A stretch of 64,000 nucleotides of DNA, taken from contig CBDBLV010000005.1 of the NCBI GenBank assembly GCA_965207225.1, positions 800,001-864,000 on the forward strand, in the 5' to 3' direction. A program made the position numbers and the translations under genes. The stretch comes from Dehalococcoidia bacterium. Lineage in GTDB: Bacteria > Chloroflexota > Dehalococcoidia > Plut-88900. The notes beneath the pieces were generated by a model. It was not told the DNA's origin and searched no databases. It saw only the letters and a list, made by a program, of their open reading frames with translations. Of this stretch, positions 28,488 to 37,646 are shown piece after piece; the first letter of the stretch is position 1, and each line of letters opens with the position of its first letter.

Positions 28488-29528
28488 TTAGGGCTCAATG
28501 ATAGGTTCAATAACCCACCCACTAGAGCGCCCATGCGAAAACAGCGGCACCATCGCCGATACCGCCCCACCCGGACCCCCTGCCACGTACACGTGTAGCT
28601 GCTCGGGTTCCGTAGGCAGCGAGCGCTCATGACTCACCGGGTCCTCGAAAGGCGTAACGCCGCCCAGTTCATAAGCCCGTTCCGCATCGAACACCAGGCT
28701 CGGCGCGAATTCGTTCACCCGCCCGGCTATGTACTCCTTTAGCTCGCCTTTCGTCATCCCGGACGTCTCTATATTGGAAAGGTGCTCCCCGCTGATGATT
28801 AGCACCAGCTCCCCGTGACAGTTGACGTTCGCCGCTATCGCATGGCTGATCGTATCCAGGATCGCTTGTGGTGAGTTATCAGCGTAGTTAAAAATTGGTA
28901 TCGGAGGCAGTGCCCCGAACAGGCTCACCGTGCTCGTAGACGGATCGAAACCCTTCTCGACGTGGTACGGCTCCCAGATGCTCAATTCCTCGTCTTCTGC
29001 GATGCAGTACGTGTATCGCGCAGGACTCCCGAACGCCGACTTGTCAGTAAGGCCCGGTATCTCCCCCAGCACGTTCATCAATATCAGCCTCAACGACCTC
29101 CCGATAGTCGAGTTCGCCCTCCACCCGGGCCCGAACAGGTTCCACCCCGAGTTGATGTCCAGCTTCTTCCTGATCGGCCCGTTTACCACCACCATTGGCG
29201 TTGACATCCCCGACGTTGTCTCGCTGATCCCCGAAAGATTGAACTTCGGCTTCATCATCGCCCGAACCGACGCTGCCACCACCGGGGCGTACTCCGCCTT
29301 GCACCCTGCCATCACCGCATTCACCGCCACCTTCTGCGCCGTCACCACCCAGTTCCGGCTGGACCGTGTCCCGAGCACCTCGTCCGCCTTCAACCCACCC
29401 GCCTCTAGAAAAGACTCCACCGCCCCCTGAGTCGGCGGCACGACCGGCAACCCATCCGTCATCCCCTGCTCAAAGAAATACTCGATTGCTTGAATTGTGT
29501 CCGGTAGTTCGGTGCCTCTGGTAGTCAT
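28488..29528 (-). CDS. Conserved hypothetical ~346-aa protein (TDGLPVVPPT family, UGSC-associated), paralog 1
   Basis: TDGLPVVPPT, AVNAVMAGC, RANSTIGR shared with two paralogs in the window. Confidence 0.8.
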   Translation of the reverse strand: MTTRGTELPDTIQAIEYFFEQGMTDGLPVVPPTQGAVESFLEAGGLKADEVLGTRSSRNWVVTAQKVAVNAVMAGCKAEYAPVVAASVRAMMKPKFNLSGISETTSGMSTPMVVVNGPIRKKLDINSGWNLFGPGWRANSTIGRSLRLILMNVLGEIPGLTDKSAFGSPARYTYCIAEDEELSIWEPYHVEKGFDPSTSTVSLFGALPPIPIFNYADNSPQAILDTISHAIAANVNCHGELVLIISGEHLSNIETSGMTKGELKEYIAGRVNEFAPSLVFDAERAYELGGVTPFEDPVSHERSLPTEPEQLHVYVAGGPGGAVSAMVPLFSHGRSSGWVIEPIIEP

Positions 29529-29537
29529 AGCGCCCTT

Positions 29538-30578
29538 CTAAAGATTGTTTACGGGTTCCATTGTAGTTTGGCTCAAGACCCCCTGCCCCCACAACGGAAT
29601 GATAGTCGAATGCCCCCCGCCCTCGCCCCCCGCCACGATCAAAGTAATGCCATCGGCAGTGGTCGGAATCGACGAGTCGTCCGGGTTGGTCGTGGTCGGA
29701 TACCATGTGCCGCCCAAAGCCCCGATCCGCTCCCGCTCGTATGCGAAGTGCGGCTGGAACTCGTTGGCCCGCCTGGCCAGGTACTCCTTCACGTCCTGCT
29801 TGCTCCACCCCGCCGGCCCGATATTCTGCGCATGCTCGGGGCTCATTATCAACATAACCGGCCCGTGACACACCGAGTTCGCCGCAATCGCGTGGCTCAG
29901 TGTGTCCAGGATCTGCTCCGGCACCGGGTCCGACTGGTTGAATACTTCCATCGGGTGGCACGCAGGAATAAGCGCCACCGCACTCGACTCCAAAGCCATC
30001 CCATGCTCGACGTGATAAGGCTCCCACGGGCTCGCTTCCTCGTTCTCCGCAATGCAGAACGTGTACCGACCCGGGTGCCCGAACGTCGACTTGTCCGTCA
30101 CCCCCGGTATCTCCCGACACACGTTCATCAGCACCAGCCTCAGCGTCCTCCCGATAGTCGCATTCGCCCGCCACCCGGGCCCGAACAAATTCCACCCCCC
30201 GTTCACGTCCAGTTCCTTCCGAACAGGCCCGTTGATCAGGATTAGCGGCGCCGACGTCCCCGCCGTCTCCGCTATCGCCGACGCGTTGAACTCTGGCTTC
30301 ATCAATGCCCGTACCGCGGCATTAACCACTGAGGCGTACTCCGTCTTGCAGCCCGCCATCACCGCATTAACCGCCACCTTCTGCGCCGTCACCACCCAGT
30401 TACGGCTCGCCCGGGTCCCCAGCACCTCCCCGCCCTCCACCCCTCCCGACTCCAGGAACGCTCCCACCGACTCCTGGGTAGGCGGCACCACGGGCAGACC
30501 GTCGGTCATGCCCTGATCGAAGAAATACTCTATCGCCTCTACCGTGTCTGGCAGCTGAACGCCTGAAGATTCTGCCAC
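29538..30578 (-). CDS. Conserved hypothetical ~346-aa protein (TDGLPVVPPT family), paralog 2
   Basis: Same motifs; tandem duplicate of 28488-29528. Confidence 0.8.
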   Translation of the reverse strand: MAESSGVQLPDTVEAIEYFFDQGMTDGLPVVPPTQESVGAFLESGGVEGGEVLGTRASRNWVVTAQKVAVNAVMAGCKTEYASVVNAAVRALMKPEFNASAIAETAGTSAPLILINGPVRKELDVNGGWNLFGPGWRANATIGRTLRLVLMNVCREIPGVTDKSTFGHPGRYTFCIAENEEASPWEPYHVEHGMALESSAVALIPACHPMEVFNQSDPVPEQILDTLSHAIAANSVCHGPVMLIMSPEHAQNIGPAGWSKQDVKEYLARRANEFQPHFAYERERIGALGGTWYPTTTNPDDSSIPTTADGITLIVAGGEGGGHSTIIPLWGQGVLSQTTMEPVNNL

Positions 30579-30592
30579 GATGCCCTCCTGGA

Positions 30593-31627
30593 TTAGTTCC
30601 GGAAATGCGGCATGATCTGTTCGCTGAACTTCCGCATCATCCCAATCTTGTCGAATATCGTGAACAGCACAGTGGAAAACGTCGTCACCCCCATGTTGCC
30701 CAATTCCTCGATGCGCTGCCTGATCTCCTCCGGCGGCCCCGTCAGGTGGAACGCATCAACCATCTTCTGTGTCACCAGCTTGGAGTGTGGTGCATCGACG
30801 TGTTCGTGGAAATACTCGTCATAGGCCTTAGCAGCATTCGCCGAGTCACTCATCAGCTCCTCTACAATCCCCGGCTCCCGAGCTTCCATCCTCTTCCTCA
30901 AGTCGTGGATCTCCGGCACGTCCCGGCTGAAGAACTGGTGTATCTTGATATACATCGTCGGGTACGACGACACCTCTTTCCGTGCCTCCTCCTTCGTATC
31001 GGAAATGTAGGTCATGTTGCGGCACCAAATGTCTATCTCCCCCGGGTCCCGACCTGCCTCCTCAGCCCCCTGGTGGATTAGCTCTACTCTCCACTTCGCC
31101 ATCTCGGGATGCACACCTATGAAAATCGCTCCGTCCGCGACTTTCCCTGCCAGCTTGCACAGCTTCGGCCCGTCCACCGCCAGGTAGATCGGCATCTTCG
31201 TCCTGCACCACTCCGAGTGCATCTTTGCACCCCGCCACTCTACCTCCTCCCCTGCCATGTACCCCCGCAGGAATTGAATGGCCTTCTCTATCTCCTTCGT
31301 GGTTCGAGGCCGCATCGACTTCCCGAATCTCCCCCCTGCCCCCAACCCCAGTACCGCCCGTCCCCCCGAAACCTCGTTCAGCGTAGCATGCGCTGTCGCC
31401 GTCACCGATGGATGGTACGTAATCGGGTCCGTAACCGCCGACATCAGCCTGATTCTGCTCGTGTTCAGTGCCGCCACCGTCAGGCTCGAATACATGTCAC
31501 GAGACAGGTTTGGCTGGTCCACCCACCCCATCATGTCGAACCCGCATTCCTCCGCTGCCTTGGCATGGGCTGGAACGTCGTAGATGGGTATGTTCCTCCC
31601 CATCCCGACCGTAAAATTCATCTTCAT
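30593..31627 (-). CDS. LLM-class flavin/F420-dependent oxidoreductase
   Basis: AALNTSRIRL..VTDP, SGGRAVLGLGAG, PIYLA..GPK..AGKVADG. Confidence 0.9.
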   Translation of the reverse strand: MKMNFTVGMGRNIPIYDVPAHAKAAEECGFDMMGWVDQPNLSRDMYSSLTVAALNTSRIRLMSAVTDPITYHPSVTATAHATLNEVSGGRAVLGLGAGGRFGKSMRPRTTKEIEKAIQFLRGYMAGEEVEWRGAKMHSEWCRTKMPIYLAVDGPKLCKLAGKVADGAIFIGVHPEMAKWRVELIHQGAEEAGRDPGEIDIWCRNMTYISDTKEEARKEVSSYPTMYIKIHQFFSRDVPEIHDLRKRMEAREPGIVEELMSDSANAAKAYDEYFHEHVDAPHSKLVTQKMVDAFHLTGPPEEIRQRIEELGNMGVTTFSTVLFTIFDKIGMMRKFSEQIMPHFRN

Positions 31628-31669
31628 ACTGGGTTTCCCCGTTTTGTTACAGGTCTGCTCTCTAATGTA

Positions 31670-32359
31670 CTAATGCGGCATCTTCCTTGCCGCCGCCCGG
31701 TACCGGCAAAACTCACACCTCCGCCCCGACGCCGGAGGCTCAGGCTCCTCCAGCAGTCCCACCACCTCTCCCAGGAACGCATCGAACGCCGCGTCGTCCC
31801 GGGCCATCTCCTTCCATTCGACATTGCCCGCATAGGATATCCGCCCTCTCGTATCCCTCACAAGCTCGTCCGGCTCAACACATACCAGTCCCAGGCGTGT
31901 AATTGGAGAAAGTGCCAGGTTCCCTGGCGCCGCATTCTCCAGAGCGTAGGCGTAAGCGTGTAGTTGCCGCGTATAGAGGCCAAGGTGATGACTCTGCGTG
32001 GAGGTGGTCTTGAAGTCGATGATCCCGTAGCTCCCGTCCTCGAACTCCAGCACCGAGTCGAACCGACCCCGTATAAAGCACGTCGACTCCCGGCCCGGCA
32101 CCGCCAGCGCCCGGGACTCGACCCAGCTCTCCCCGTACTTCACCACCCCCGGGGGAAGAGTTCCCGAAATCTCCGAATTCGGCCTGCCGTTGAAATATTC
32201 GTTCATTAGCTGGTCGATAACGCTGAAGATGCCGGGGAAGGGGGTGCGCGGCCGAAAAAACCCTCGGGCCACCTTGAGGTAGAAGCACCGCTTGCACTCC
32301 TCCCAAAGAAACGCAAAGTCCGAAGGGCTCAGCTTCCAGTTTTTGGTGGAAACGGTCAC
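31670..32359 (-). CDS. PD-(D/E)XK nuclease (RecB/Cas4-like, Cys-flanked)
   Basis: ECKRCFY, RGRFD..IIDFKT..QLHAY, CEFCRY; GTG start overlaps upstream TGA. Confidence 0.82.
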   Translation of the reverse strand: MTVSTKNWKLSPSDFAFLWEECKRCFYLKVARGFFRPRTPFPGIFSVIDQLMNEYFNGRPNSEISGTLPPGVVKYGESWVESRALAVPGRESTCFIRGRFDSVLEFEDGSYGIIDFKTTSTQSHHLGLYTRQLHAYAYALENAAPGNLALSPITRLGLVCVEPDELVRDTRGRISYAGNVEWKEMARDDAAFDAFLGEVVGLLEEPEPPASGRRCEFCRYRAAARKMPH

Positions 32360-32718
32360 GGCTGGGAAGTCGAAAAGAGAGGCCTGGCGCCCCAGTGCTC
32401 CGTTATCTTCCCCTCCGCCACCCGCATCCTGTGCTCTGTCGAGCAATTGGCCTCCGATCTTTGACCGCGCTCTTCCAAGGTCAGAGCTACTAGGCCATCC
32501 TCTTCGGTTAGTGCTGAGATCCTGTATTCTGAGCCGACTTCGAAAAGCCGGCGGGACGCTATAGCCTGCTTCAAGACCTCCCGGTCTGAAGGCAACCCCG
32601 GCGGCCCCGCGTGCTCCCGAAAGTCCCCCGCCACCAACTCATCAATCAGCATCATCCGACCCCCGTTCACCACCTCCTCCACCAACCGACGCACAACCTC
32701 AGACTTTTCAGAGTCCAT
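32356..32718 (-). CDS. SnoaL-like/NTF2-fold protein
   Basis: VVRRLVEEV..IDELVAGDF..EGKITEHW. Confidence 0.7.
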   Translation of the reverse strand: MDSEKSEVVRRLVEEVVNGGRMMLIDELVAGDFREHAGPPGLPSDREVLKQAIASRRLFEVGSEYRISALTEEDGLVALTLEERGQRSEANCSTEHRMRVAEGKITEHWGARPLFSTSQP

Positions 32719-32737
32719 TCAATGGACCCCGGCGGGA

Positions 32738-33286
32738 CTACTCCACTTCCAGTATCTTCAAGATCTGCGGTATAGCCGTCTCCGCCCGACCCTTCAGCGC
32801 TTCCGGCGTCAGCCTTCCAATCGGGTGATTGATTATGGCGAAAGGATAGTCCGGTATACCCTGTATCTCGGCAATCGCCTTCGCCTGATTCACGAATTCG
32901 CTCGTAATTATCACTGCTGAGGGTACGCCCAGCTTTTCCAGTTCGATTCCGTCGTGCAAACTGCACTGAGAGCAGGAGCCTCAGTCCCCGACCGCTACTA
33001 CGGCGAAATCGCTCTCCTTTGCCAGTTCCGCCACCGTGTCTTCCGGTGCGGGTCGCGATGAATCCGGCTTGCTCGTAGCCTTCACGTACTTAAGCTCAAA
33101 CTGTTCGCCCAGCAGGTCCCCCACCATTTGCAAAAGCTCGGCTGCATTCAGCTTCCCGTTAGAAAGCAGCCCCAACACCTTCCCGTCTAGTCTTCCAGGT
33201 CTCGGCGCCATCTCCGCAGTCGCGTCCAGGGCCCCCGCCCGAGGGTCCATCACCGTGATGCCCCCGTTTCTCGTCTCCGTTGTCAT
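32738..33286 (-). CDS. UGSC-family selenoprotein (Sec at TGA 32983-32981)
   Basis: In-frame AVGD-TGA-GSCSQCSLHD; paralog of 24307-24864. Confidence 0.88.
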
Positions 33287-33315
33287 ATCGTGCTCCTTTG
33301 CCGGCTCTTGGCCCT

Positions 33316-34359
33316 CTACATTCCGGGTATCTGTTTCGTTACCGACTTCGTTGCCGTTCCCCCACCCCACGGCAGGATCGTGCAGAAGAATCCCCCCGCC
33401 GTGCCCCCGGCCACCAATACCATCAGGTCGTCTGGACTCTCTACAACCGATACAACATCCGTTTCTTCGTGAGGCTCGCTTCTTGCGCTCCATCCACGGT
33501 CCAGCGTATCCCAGAATGAATACTCACGCTTGGTAGCTTCAAAGAGATGGTTCTTGACCTCTTGCTTGGACCATCCCTCTTCCCGCACGTGGAGGAGCAT
33601 CTCGGGGCTTATTACCACCATCATCTCCCCGCCCTCGGGCATTCCATTCGCGACCATTAACCCCGCTATCGAGTTAAGGATCCCTTCTCCCGTGTGACTC
33701 CCGTGGTCGCTCCCCTGTATCGGGGCGTTTCCGGCGTACACCGTCACTGCACTCGACTCCAGGGGCAGTCCCCGCTCGACGTGCAGCGGTTGCCACGGGC
33801 TCAGCTCCTCGTTCTCTGCGAAGCAGTAGCTGTACTTGCCCGGATGCCCGAACGTCGACTTGTCCAGTATCCCAGGCACCGACCCGCACACGTTCATGAT
33901 TATCAGCCGGATCGCCCGACCAATCGTCGCATTCGACCTCTTCGTCGGCCCAAAGAGATTGTTGGCGTAGTTGATGTCCAGCTCTTTCACAATCGGCCCG
34001 TGCACCAGCACCATGTGCCCCGTCCCGGCCGTACTCGCCGACGTACCGTGCAGATTGAACTCCTCTTCGCACATCGCCGACATCGCAGTGGTCACCACAG
34101 GCATGTACTCGGGCTTGCAACCCGCCATGATAGCGTTGATCGCCACCTTCTCAGCCGTGATTTCCCGCTTCCGGGTGGGAATCGTCCCAACAACATCCTT
34201 CGCCCCCAGCCCCGCCGCATCCAGAAACCGCGCCACCATGTCTGGCGTCGGCGGCACCACCGGCAGCCCGTCCGTTAACCCCTGCTCGAAATAAAACTCT
34301 ATAGCCTCGACCGTATCCGGCACCTGGAAAGTCTGAGAAGCGAGTTGGCCCTCTGCCAT
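33316..34359 (-). CDS. Conserved hypothetical protein (TDGLPVVPPT family), paralog 3, directly upstream of UGSC gene
   Basis: Same motifs as 28488-30578 paralogs. Confidence 0.8.
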   Translation of the reverse strand: MAEGQLASQTFQVPDTVEAIEFYFEQGLTDGLPVVPPTPDMVARFLDAAGLGAKDVVGTIPTRKREITAEKVAINAIMAGCKPEYMPVVTTAMSAMCEEEFNLHGTSASTAGTGHMVLVHGPIVKELDINYANNLFGPTKRSNATIGRAIRLIIMNVCGSVPGILDKSTFGHPGKYSYCFAENEELSPWQPLHVERGLPLESSAVTVYAGNAPIQGSDHGSHTGEGILNSIAGLMVANGMPEGGEMMVVISPEMLLHVREEGWSKQEVKNHLFEATKREYSFWDTLDRGWSARSEPHEETDVVSVVESPDDLMVLVAGGTAGGFFCTILPWGGGTATKSVTKQIPGM

Positions 34360-34522
34360 ATACGACAACCCCCAAAAGAGTCAAATGAAAAGCCCCAGCA
34401 TCTTATCACAGCCCTTTAATGCCCCACCATCCCCACCACCTTTTCCCATCCCAATGCCCCACGAGTGTACAAGCAAAACTCCCTGAATCTACACTGGCTG
34501 TCATCACTTCTATCACTCCCCC

Positions 34523-34637
34523 AGTACCAAACTAGAGGGATGCACCTGCGCCCTGGCGCAGGTGCATCCCTCTAGTTTTTCCTCCCTTCTCCCTTAAAGG
34601 CCCTAAGGGAAAGGGGGATAAAGAGGGTGATGGTTCC
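34523..34637. repeat. Composite double-hairpin intergenic repeat, copy 3
   Basis: 24-bp perfect arms 34529-34578. Confidence 0.85.
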
Positions 34638-34741
34638 TCTCCCCTTGTGCGGCGCCACTCACCCTGAACAGGGTCGAAGGGTGGGTAAGGGATGGCCCAC
34701 CCCCGTCCCCACCCCATGTTAAACTTCACCCCCTGAGAACC

Positions 34742-35587
34742 ATGCAAGACCCCCAGCCCCATACCACCTTCGCCCGACTCATGGCCCCGCCCCACCGGGA
34801 CATCAACCTCTCACGCGCCGTCCTCCTAATAGCCCAGTCCGAGTACCCAGACCTCGACATCCCCCACTACCTTCAGGCAATCGAAGACCTCGGCCATCGC
34901 GTCCGCGCCAACACCCTCGATGACTCCATCATGGCCCCCATCCAGACCCTGAACCACGTCCTCTTCGATGAAGAGAGCTTCCGTGGCAATGAGGAAGAGT
35001 ACTACGACCCCCTAAACAGTTACCTGAACGATGTCATAGACAGAAAAGTCGGCATACCCATCACCCTCTCAGTCCTCTACATGGAGGTCGCCCGGCACGC
35101 CGGCCTCAACGTCAGGGGTGTCAGCTTCCCCGGCCACTTTATCGTCAAGCACGAGACCCCTGAAGGCCCTCTCTTCGTCGACCCCTTCTACGGCGGCATG
35201 GTCCTCGAGAAAGAGCACCTCGCCCAGAGGCTCCGACTCGCTGGCGGCGGCTTCATGCCCTTCCGTGACCACCACCTCGCCGCTAGCACCGACGCCCAGA
35301 TCGTCACCCGCATGCTCAACAACCTCAAGGGTATCTACGCCTCCCGCCGGGACTACGAAAAGGTCCTCGCGTTCACCCAAATGCTTCTCGACGTATCCCC
35401 CTGGGACCTCGACGAGGTCCGCGACCGTGGCAAAGTCCACCTCCAGCTTAAGAATTACCAGCCCGCCCTCGCCGATCTGGAGACCTACCTCCAGTTCAGC
35501 CCCGACGCCGAAGACGCCGAGGTCATAGGCCGCAGCGTCCAGTACCTCAAGGGACTAGTTCCTAGGGGTCCTGTACAGGAGTCCTGA
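34742..35587 (+). CDS. SirB1-like transglutaminase-core/TPR protein
   Basis: GIPITLSVLY, GVSFPGHF, RMLNNLK, RDRG. Confidence 0.85.
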   Translation: MQDPQPHTTFARLMAPPHRDINLSRAVLLIAQSEYPDLDIPHYLQAIEDLGHRVRANTLDDSIMAPIQTLNHVLFDEESFRGNEEEYYDPLNSYLNDVIDRKVGIPITLSVLYMEVARHAGLNVRGVSFPGHFIVKHETPEGPLFVDPFYGGMVLEKEHLAQRLRLAGGGFMPFRDHHLAASTDAQIVTRMLNNLKGIYASRRDYEKVLAFTQMLLDVSPWDLDEVRDRGKVHLQLKNYQPALADLETYLQFSPDAEDAEVIGRSVQYLKGLVPRGPVQES

Positions 35588-35589
35588 CC

Positions 35590-36549
35590 TTGACACTCAT
35601 CATCCAAGAAGACGAAGTCGCCCGACTCCTCACCATGCAGCACACCCTCGACGCTGTCGAAGGGTCATTCCGTAGCCAGGGTGAAGGCACTTCCATCAAC
35701 CGCTCCCGGCGTCGCTTCCACATCCCCGGTAAAGGCAGCATGCAACTCATGTCCGGCATCTGCTACTACAGGGAAGCCATGGGCCTCAAGGTCTATACCT
35801 CCTACCGCACTGGCACCCGGTTCATGGTCCTCCTATTCAGCGCCGAGACTGGAGATCTACTCTCCATCATCCAGGCTGACCATCTCGGCCGTATGCGCAC
35901 CGGCGCAGCCTCCGGCATAGCTACCAAATTCCTCTCCAAAGAAAGCTCAAAGACGGTCGGCATGATTGGCTCCGGTGGCCAGGCCGCCACCCAGCTTGAG
36001 GCCGTATGCGCAGTCCGCAACATCAATTCCGCCCGAGTCTTCAGCCGCCGCCCCGAGCCCCTCGCCGCCTTCTGCACAACCATGTCCCGGAAGCTCGCCA
36101 TCGATGTTTCCCCCGCCCCCTCGCCCGAGGAAGCCGTCACCGATGCAGACGTTGTCATCACCATAACCAACTCCCGCGACCCTGTCGTCAAAGGCGAATG
36201 GATCGCCGAAGGCGCCCACATCAACGCCGCCGGCAGCAACTCCCTCGTCCGCAAGGAGCTAGACAACGACGCCATCCGGAGGTCTGACCTCATCACCGTC
36301 GACTCCCGTGAACAGGCCCGACTCGAATGCGGGGACCTCCTCATCGCCACCGAGCGCGGTGCCGTAAGCTGGGAGACCGTAACAGACCTCGGCGACGTAG
36401 TTTCCGGCAAGACCCCTGGCCGCACTTCCAACACCCAGATTACCCTATTCGAGTCCCAGGGCCTCGCCATCCAGGACATCGCCACCGCCATCAAACTCTA
36501 CGAGCTCGCCCTTGAACAGGGTCTGGGCCAACACATAGACATCTTCTAG
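35590..36549 (+). CDS. Ornithine cyclodeaminase/mu-crystallin family protein
   Basis: RTGAASG, IGSGGQA, FESQGLAIQD. Confidence 0.9.
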   Translation: MTLIIQEDEVARLLTMQHTLDAVEGSFRSQGEGTSINRSRRRFHIPGKGSMQLMSGICYYREAMGLKVYTSYRTGTRFMVLLFSAETGDLLSIIQADHLGRMRTGAASGIATKFLSKESSKTVGMIGSGGQAATQLEAVCAVRNINSARVFSRRPEPLAAFCTTMSRKLAIDVSPAPSPEEAVTDADVVITITNSRDPVVKGEWIAEGAHINAAGSNSLVRKELDNDAIRRSDLITVDSREQARLECGDLLIATERGAVSWETVTDLGDVVSGKTPGRTSNTQITLFESQGLAIQDIATAIKLYELALEQGLGQHIDIF

Positions 36550-36564
36550 GGAAGGGAGCACCCC

Positions 36565-37485
36565 ATGGAATACCAGGTCTGGTTAAACGGTGAATTCATG
36601 CCCCGCAGCGAGGCAAAAATCGGCCTCACCGACAGAGGCTTCAGGCTCGGCGATGTCGTCTTCGACACCTCCCGCACCTTCAACGGTAAGGTCTTCCGAC
36701 TCGAGGACCACATCGACCGCCTCTACCGCTCCCTCACCTACGTCCGCATCGACCCCGGCATGTCCAAAGAGGAAATGACCGACGTCACCCTCGACGTCGT
36801 CCAGCGCAATGAGTCCGTCAGGGAGTCGGGTGACGACTACATGATCAGCCAGTTCGTCACCCGAGGCGAAGGTGGCCGTTCCGCCAAGCCCATGACCCCC
36901 AACATTGTCATTTGGGTCGACCCCCTCGACCACGCCCGCATCGCCCCCCTCTACAGCGACGGCGCCCACGTCGTTATCCCCAAGATCAGGAGCTATCCTT
37001 CCGACGCCCTTGACCCCAAGATCAAGCACTACAGCCGACTCAACTTCGTACTCGCCGAACTTGAGGCAACCGACATCGACCCCGAGGCCTTCCCTGTCCT
37101 CACAGACGCCAACGGCAACCTCACCGAGAGCATCGGTTCCAACTTCTTCATCGTCACCGACGGCAAAATACGCACCGCCGGAGATTCGGCCATCCTCCAG
37201 GGCGTCACCCGCAAAGTTATCAGGGAACTGGCCGATCAGCTGGGAATCCCCTTCATCGAGGAGAATATCCAGCCCTACGACGCCTACACCGCCGATGAGG
37301 CCTTCCTTGCTACCACCCCTTATTGCGTTGTCCCAGTCGGCAGAGTCGACACCCGCACCGTGGGAATGGAGACCCCCGGCCCCATCACCCAGCAGCTAAT
37401 GGCCGCCTTCTCCGAACTAGCCGGCTTCGACATCGTCGAACAGTCCATCACCCGCGCCAAAGCCCTCGCCGCCGCCACATCCTAA
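36565..37485 (+). CDS. Aminotransferase class IV (branched-chain/D-amino acid type)
   Basis: DRGFRLGD, HIDRL, ILQGVTR, ADEAFL. Confidence 0.9.
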   Translation: MEYQVWLNGEFMPRSEAKIGLTDRGFRLGDVVFDTSRTFNGKVFRLEDHIDRLYRSLTYVRIDPGMSKEEMTDVTLDVVQRNESVRESGDDYMISQFVTRGEGGRSAKPMTPNIVIWVDPLDHARIAPLYSDGAHVVIPKIRSYPSDALDPKIKHYSRLNFVLAELEATDIDPEAFPVLTDANGNLTESIGSNFFIVTDGKIRTAGDSAILQGVTRKVIRELADQLGIPFIEENIQPYDAYTADEAFLATTPYCVVPVGRVDTRTVGMETPGPITQQLMAAFSELAGFDIVEQSITRAKALAAATS

Positions 37486-37646
37486 CTCCCCACCTCTCCT
37501 GTGTTATTCCGATGCCCCGCAGGATGGATTCCGGCTCGGGGGTTGGAATGGCGGGAAGGGGGTGGGGGGTATGGTATATTGGCGGGGGTGGAGACCATTT
37601 GTAGCTGCGCACATACGGCTCGGGATCGCTTGCCCGGGGAGGGTGA

